From: a virus
Virus record (IMG/VR): IMGVR_UViG_3300033555_000017
Span: 1 to 35,203 of that record
Direction: 5' to 3' (one strand)
DNA length: 35,203 nucleotides
How positions within the stretch are numbered: position 1 is the stretch's first letter; each line of letters starts with the position of its first letter. A model generated the notes under the pieces. The model saw nothing but the letters and a program-made list of their open reading frames with translations. It had not been told where the DNA came from and made no database searches. The position numbers and the translations under genes are program-made. Below are positions 31,778 through 35,203 of this stretch, one piece after another.

Positions 31778-32446
31778 TTAAGCTGTTAAGAATTTAGGTT
31801 GGTTTTTAATTTGCCATTGCTTGCGTAGGTATTCTAATAATTGAGCGTAAGACTTTATAAAGCCCTCATTGATTAGCGTAGTCACTTTTATTTCTAATAA
31901 AACTAGCTCTCTTAATAATACTTCATCAGCTTTTTTGTTTCTCATATTAGATTGATGGTCACCGTAAATAATATGGTTTAATGCTTTAGCTACTGTTTGG
32001 ATGGCGTTTTGAAGTAAAGGGCGTTCCACTATTTTAGAGATTGCACTTGACATTTCTTTATAAGCATCGCCAGCATCATTTCTATACTGCAATAATTTAC
32101 TAGAAACTAATTTTAAAACTTTGACTTTAAATGCAGGATTTAACCACATAGCAAAATCAATAAATAATAAAGGGTGCATCCAAGTACCGGCATTATCACC
32201 TCTTGACGCTCTTGATTTTACATACACGGAATTCCGCGTATGTAAACTTTCATCTAAAATTATAGCGTCAATAAATTCTAGTGTAGATTTATTCTCAAAA
32301 AAATGATCTAAATGTTTTTTTGATTTTAAAGATGGATCATCATTCCATTGTTTAAGCAAAGTAGTTGCATTAAACATACCATCAGAAGTTCTTTGCATTA
32401 ATGCAAAAGATGCTAATTCAATAGTTAATAATTGATTAGTTTTCAT
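31778..32446 (-). CDS. KilA-N domain protein (antirepressor-type early regulator)
   Basis: SDGMFNATTLLKQWN ... GDNAGTWMHPLLFIDFAMWLNPAFKVKV matches the KilA-N DNA-binding domain pattern. Confidence 0.75.
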   Translation of the reverse strand: MKTNQLLTIELASFALMQRTSDGMFNATTLLKQWNDDPSLKSKKHLDHFFENKSTLEFIDAIILDESLHTRNSVYVKSRASRGDNAGTWMHPLLFIDFAMWLNPAFKVKVLKLVSSKLLQYRNDAGDAYKEMSSAISKIVERPLLQNAIQTVAKALNHIIYGDHQSNMRNKKADEVLLRELVLLEIKVTTLINEGFIKSYAQLLEYLRKQWQIKNQPKFLTA

Positions 32447-32655
32447 TATTTAATCCTCCAAACTTTAAATTGTTGTTTATTATTTTCACTCTTAAAAGAG
32501 TATTTAAAGCCCTCTTTTTGGCTTATTCTTGTCGCTGCTGTTCTAATTGATGGCATGTCTTTAATGTTTGCCAGGATACAATTAGACTTAATTGGCAGGC
32601 TCTTTAAAGCATCTGCCCAGTTGTTTAATGGATATTCTTCTTGTAAAATTTGCAT
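32446..32655 (-). CDS. Hypothetical protein, first gene of the leftward early operon
   Basis: 69-aa ORF with ordinary protein-like composition. The overlapping plus-strand ORF 32432..32752 looks like an antisense shadow. Confidence 0.5.
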   Translation of the reverse strand: MQILQEEYPLNNWADALKSLPIKSNCILANIKDMPSIRTAATRISQKEGFKYSFKSENNKQQFKVWRIK

Positions 32656-32753
32656 AAATGATATATTTTGTTTTTATTTGTTATATAAATGCAATTATAA
32701 GAATAATAACGCAATAATGCAATTTTATTTCTTAACAATATTGTGTTATTAAC
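32656..32753. promoter_or_regulatory. Divergent switch region between the early lytic operon and the lysogeny module
   Basis: A 98-bp AT-rich spacer between divergently oriented genes. It contains GCAAT repeats at 32691, 32711 and 32719, and near-matches to the Bacteroidota -7 box (TAnnTTTG) at about 32661..32680. Confidence 0.5.
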
Positions 32754-33203
32754 ATGATAGTAAATTTAAAAGATGTTATAGAATTGGAATACGGCACTCA
32801 ATTAGCCGCTGCCCAAGCTATGACCTTGCCAAAAGAGAAAACGTTTTTTAATGCCGGCAACCTTTCAAACCTTATTTATAATGAAAAAGGGTATAAAGCC
32901 ACATTAAGGCGGCCAACCTATGATCGTATTAAAAAGGCATTCCCGAAATACAATCATAGATGGATATTGCATGATGAACTACCTAAATACAACACCGAAA
33001 AGAAAGAAGATTTTCTATGTGAGCCGGAATCTGTTTATAAGCCAATCGAGAAACCTAATACAAACCAATATATGAAAGATTACTCTGATAAATTAATTCC
33101 GTTGCTATTAAAGAACATCGAAGATTTACAAGAAAAGGTTAGTGTGCTAGAAAATAGAGTTGCAAACTATGAAGTTACTCCAAAAGCAAATGTAGGCTCT
33201 TAA
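32754..33203 (+). CDS. Lysogeny-module regulator candidate (N-terminal HTH-like segment, C-terminal leucine-zipper-like helix)
   Basis: 149 aa. The segments are GTQLAAAQAMTLPKEKTFFNAGNLSNLI and LLLKNIEDLQEKVSVLENRVANYE. It is on the same strand as the integrase. Confidence 0.4.
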   Translation: MIVNLKDVIELEYGTQLAAAQAMTLPKEKTFFNAGNLSNLIYNEKGYKATLRRPTYDRIKKAFPKYNHRWILHDELPKYNTEKKEDFLCEPESVYKPIEKPNTNQYMKDYSDKLIPLLLKNIEDLQEKVSVLENRVANYEVTPKANVGS

Positions 33204-33237
33204 AACTTACAACTATCCAATCTAAATATAGAAAAAA

Positions 33238-33582
33238 ATGCACACAAAACAATTAATTAAAGATGAAGAAAAATCTGAAAGGTTTATTAAAACTTTTCAG
33301 GCTTATCGGGCATCTAAAATTATTTCAAACGTTGGTGAGCTTTGCCAGAATTTAGAATACGCTAAACCCACTCTGTTTAAGATATTGGATGGAACCCGCA
33401 TGGCTCCAAACAATCTGATTTATAAGTTTTGCGAATATTATAAATTAGATCCCGCTTACTTCTTTGGCAGAAGTTCAAAGCTTTTAACGTGGAAGGAAAG
33501 CTATCAAAGGGAGATTGAGAAAAAGAAAAAGGAAATGATTGAGCTTAAGAAGGATTTAAAGCAGGTTTTAAATAAATATTAA
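33238..33582 (+). CDS. XRE/CI-like repressor candidate
   Basis: 114 aa. NVGELCQNLEYAKPTLFKILDGTRMAPNNLIYKFCEYYKLDPAYFFG fits the HTH_3 pattern (helix-turn-helix ... G-x-R-x-P ... L ... D-x-x-Y-F). A coiled-coil tail follows. Confidence 0.55.
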   Translation: MHTKQLIKDEEKSERFIKTFQAYRASKIISNVGELCQNLEYAKPTLFKILDGTRMAPNNLIYKFCEYYKLDPAYFFGRSSKLLTWKESYQREIEKKKKEMIELKKDLKQVLNKY

Positions 33583-33600
33583 TCGCCCGATAAGTCGCCC
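33581..33600 (+). repeat. Arm-type repeat pair left of the attP core: AATCGCCC-GATA-AGTCGCCC
   Basis: These GC-rich 8-mers in AT-rich DNA have a 12-bp register. The same two 8-mers recur in swapped order at 33739..33758. Confidence 0.5.
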
Positions 33601-33678
33601 AGCCTACCAAAAACAATAAATAAAACATGCTTAATTTAATCAGAAACCCACTTTGAAGGCAAATAAAACAGGGCTTAC

Positions 33679-33703
33679 GGGTTCGAATCCCTCTCTCTCC
33701 GCA
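33679..33703 (+). other. attP core: the 3' end of a tRNA (T-loop, T-stem and acceptor strand), most like tRNA-Ser
   Basis: GGGTTCGAATCCCTCTCTCTCCGCA reads as T-loop TTCGAAT, 3' T-stem CCCTC, acceptor 3' strand TCTCTCC (complement of GGAGAGA) and discriminator G. No 5' half of a tRNA lies upstream. Confidence 0.7.
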
Positions 33704-33738
33704 ATTAAACAACTGATAACCAACAGATTAACTACAGT

Positions 33739-33758
33739 AGTCGCCTGTAAAATCGCCC
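33739..33758 (+). repeat. Arm-type repeat pair right of the attP core: AGTCGCCT-GTAA-AATCGCCC
   Basis: See 33581..33600. The pair ends 6 nt before the proposed integrase start. Confidence 0.5.
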
Positions 33759-33763
33759 AAGAT

Positions 33764-34951
33764 TTGAGAGTAAAATTTGAAGGCCCGTTTTTATTTGAAC
33801 CAAACACCGAACTTAATAAGTGGCATGTGTGGCTTAAGTACAGGCACCCGGTTACTGATAAGTTTGAACGGTTCCGCTTTTGGAATGGCTTTTCAGATTA
33901 CAAAACCAAAGCCTTAAAAAGAGAATACGGAAAAAAGCTGAAAGAAGTATTCACCAAATTACTAAAAGAGGGCTGGTCTCCGTATGAAGAATTTAGCGGC
34001 TTCTTAAAACAAGATGATAGAATCTGTTCTTTAATTGATCAGTACCTTTTAGAAGTCGCTGGCAACATACGGCCAAGCACATTAATCAAATACAAATCCG
34101 AGCTTACTCTTTTTAAAACCTATCTCCAATCTAATGGCATGGGTTTCCTATCGATTAAAAACGTTACCAAAAACATCATTGCTAACTTTTTAAACTATTA
34201 TAAAATTCAAAGAAGTTGGAGCGCAAAAACTTATAACCACTACATAAATGATATTACGGTTTTCTTTAATTATTATGAAAGTAACTATGATGATGTGATT
34301 GAAGTAATCCCCAGCGCAAAGATGAAGCGCCTGGCAGTAGTCAAAAAAGGTAACAGTTCCTTTAGTGATTACCAACTCAAAAAGATTAAGGAATTAATGA
34401 AGGATAACGGAGACGATTTTCTATATACCTTTTGCTCGTTTGTTTATTACGGTGCTTTGAGGAATACCGCTGAATGTATTTTAATTAGAGCGAAGGACTT
34501 TGATTTTAAAAACAAAACATTGAGAATTGATTCTGATAATTCTAAGAACCGAAAAACGGAGTTTATTCCATTATATCCTGATTTTCTGGAATTGCTTTAT
34601 GAACTAGAGATTGATAAATTAGATCCGGAGCTTTACGTTTTCGGCAAGCCTAAAAAAAGAGGTGCAATTTTTAGTCATGAATTTAGTATTGGCGGTAAGT
34701 ATCCGATAGGTCATAGTTATTTCACCATGAAATTTAAACCGTATAAGGAAGCTTTAGGCATTCCTGATGGTGAGCATGGTATTTATAGATTTAAACACAC
34801 AAGGGCCGTTCATTTAGGTCAGGATGGTGAAGAACTCTATAAGATACAAAAGCTTTTTAGACATGGTACATTAGCCATTACGATGGTTTATATGCGGGAT
34901 TTGGGCGTTGATACTCAAAATGTAGAATATAAAAAAGGTAGGAGTTTTTAA
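33764..34951 (+). CDS. int: Tyrosine integrase (site-specific recombinase, phage integrase family)
   Basis: Catalytic boxes are YYGALRNTAE (Arg), FKHTRAVHL (H-x-x-R) and RHGTLAITMVY (His..Tyr). The N-terminal (L/M)RVKFEGPFLFEP...WHVWLKY looks like an arm-binding domain. The track ORF begins at TTG 33653 and would translate through the tRNA fragment. The in-frame TTG at 33764 is proposed instead, since no in-frame ATG occurs before residue ~160. Confidence 0.9.
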   Translation: MRVKFEGPFLFEPNTELNKWHVWLKYRHPVTDKFERFRFWNGFSDYKTKALKREYGKKLKEVFTKLLKEGWSPYEEFSGFLKQDDRICSLIDQYLLEVAGNIRPSTLIKYKSELTLFKTYLQSNGMGFLSIKNVTKNIIANFLNYYKIQRSWSAKTYNHYINDITVFFNYYESNYDDVIEVIPSAKMKRLAVVKKGNSSFSDYQLKKIKELMKDNGDDFLYTFCSFVYYGALRNTAECILIRAKDFDFKNKTLRIDSDNSKNRKTEFIPLYPDFLELLYELEIDKLDPELYVFGKPKKRGAIFSHEFSIGGKYPIGHSYFTMKFKPYKEALGIPDGEHGIYRFKHTRAVHLGQDGEELYKIQKLFRHGTLAITMVYMRDLGVDTQNVEYKKGRSF

Positions 34952-35050
34952 TTTTATATATATTAAAAGATATATATAAATATAAAAGGGATTTAACTGG
35001 CAACATTGATTCTAAAATGACTGGTAATACTATTGTTTTTTAACTATTAA

Positions 35051-35203
35051 TTATGTTAATGAATTGCCTAATTCTATTGCTTCTAAAATAGAAGCACAAT
35101 TTGATTTTATTAAAATAGGTTCTCCGCCAAACATTGGTATTTCGTAAAGATTAATTATATTATCAATTACTTCAATACACCATCCATCTTCGATATATGA
35201 AGA
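35051..35203 (-). CDS. Junction-crossing 67-aa ORF seen from the other window edge (C-terminal part; stop TAA at 35051..35053)
   Basis: This is the same reading frame as 1..178 once the 127-bp overlap is collapsed. Confidence 0.5.
   Translation of the reverse strand, partial: SSYIEDGWCIEVIDNIINLYEIPMFGGEPILIKSNCASILEAIELGNSLT
35077..35203. repeat. Terminal overlap copy B, identical to 1..127
   Basis: Base-by-base comparison. Confidence 0.95.

Larger units (their letters stand above)
1..35076. mobile_element. Complete circularly closed genome of a temperate tailed phage (unit length 35,076 bp)
   Basis: The window ends are an exact 127-bp overlap. Integrase plus attP, repressor-like HTH genes and replication, packaging, head, tail and lysis modules are all present. 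Confidence 0.85.

Noticed and set aside
32432-32752. A 106-aa plus-strand ORF spanning the switch region.
   Set aside because: It has a non-canonical start, a Cys/Phe/Leu-rich nonsense-like sequence, and runs through the AT-rich promoter spacer. The antisense 69-aa minus-strand ORF is coupled to the KilA-N gene and looks protein-like.
33653-33703. A complete tRNA gene, or alternatively integrase coding sequence starting at TTG 33653.
   Set aside because: Only the T-loop, 3' T-stem and acceptor 3' strand are present. No GGAGAGA 5' acceptor, D-arm or anticodon arm lies upstream. Translating this stretch as the Int N-terminus (MKANKTGLTGSNPSLSA...) is an artefact of the open frame.
1-35203. Known defence or counter-defence systems (restriction-modification pairs, retron or DGR reverse transcriptases, CBASS, Thoeris or Gabija-like enzymes), rRNA, and CRISPR-Cas.
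   Set aside because: No reverse transcriptase, nuclease-ATPase, cyclase, TIR/SIR2-like or Cas-like ORF is recognisable in any frame. The two methyltransferases have no partner endonuclease.

Overview
The window is one complete temperate tailed-phage genome (Caudoviricetes). Bases 1..127 are identical to 35077..35203, so the unit is a closed circle of 35,076 bp.

Method and limits: all functional calls come from motifs read by eye in the supplied translations. No database or HMM search was run. Confidence values refer to the stated call.

Strand use: almost everything is on the minus strand. The plus-strand genes are the lysogeny module and a three-gene insert.

Layout, in minus-strand transcription order:
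- Divergent switch region, 32656..32753.
- Early, recombination and replication genes, 32655 down to 22901. These include a KilA-N protein, a YqaJ exonuclease, YopX, an organiser-like protein carrying an ori-like repeat array, DnaB, a DnaA-domain-IV-like protein, MazG, NinG and an ECF-sigma-like protein.
- Packaging genes: TerS, MTase, TerL, MTase (22914..19756).
- Five large or uncharacterised virion genes, including a tape-measure-like protein (19720..13491).
- A plus-strand insert (12723..13494).
- Head module (12687..9355): XkdF-type protease, scaffold, HK97-like major capsid protein.
- Portal (with a MuF-like C-terminal tail), a NUMOD1-only protein and an adaptor (9365..5992).
- Tail fibre module (5999..2848).
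- Lysis cassette (2816..950), followed by a terminator.
- A three-gene cargo operon that runs through the circular junction.

Plus-strand lysogeny module (32754..34951): two HTH/coiled-coil regulators, attP and a tyrosine integrase. attP is a tRNA-Ser-like 3' end flanked by phased repeats.

Host inference: the sequence is AT-rich, starts lack Shine-Dalgarno motifs, and ATGA start/stop overlaps are frequent. Together with the lipoprotein and integrase features, this suggests a Bacteroidota (Flavobacteriia-like) host.

Not found: rRNA, a complete tRNA, CRISPR, or any recognisable known defence system.

Most unusual items:
- the opposite-strand RHH / 75-aa / lipoprotein cassette splitting the virion operon;
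- the attP architecture;
- the ori-like repeat array inside the organiser gene;
- a spanin-like lysis pair;
- an orphan antisense terminator in the early operon.
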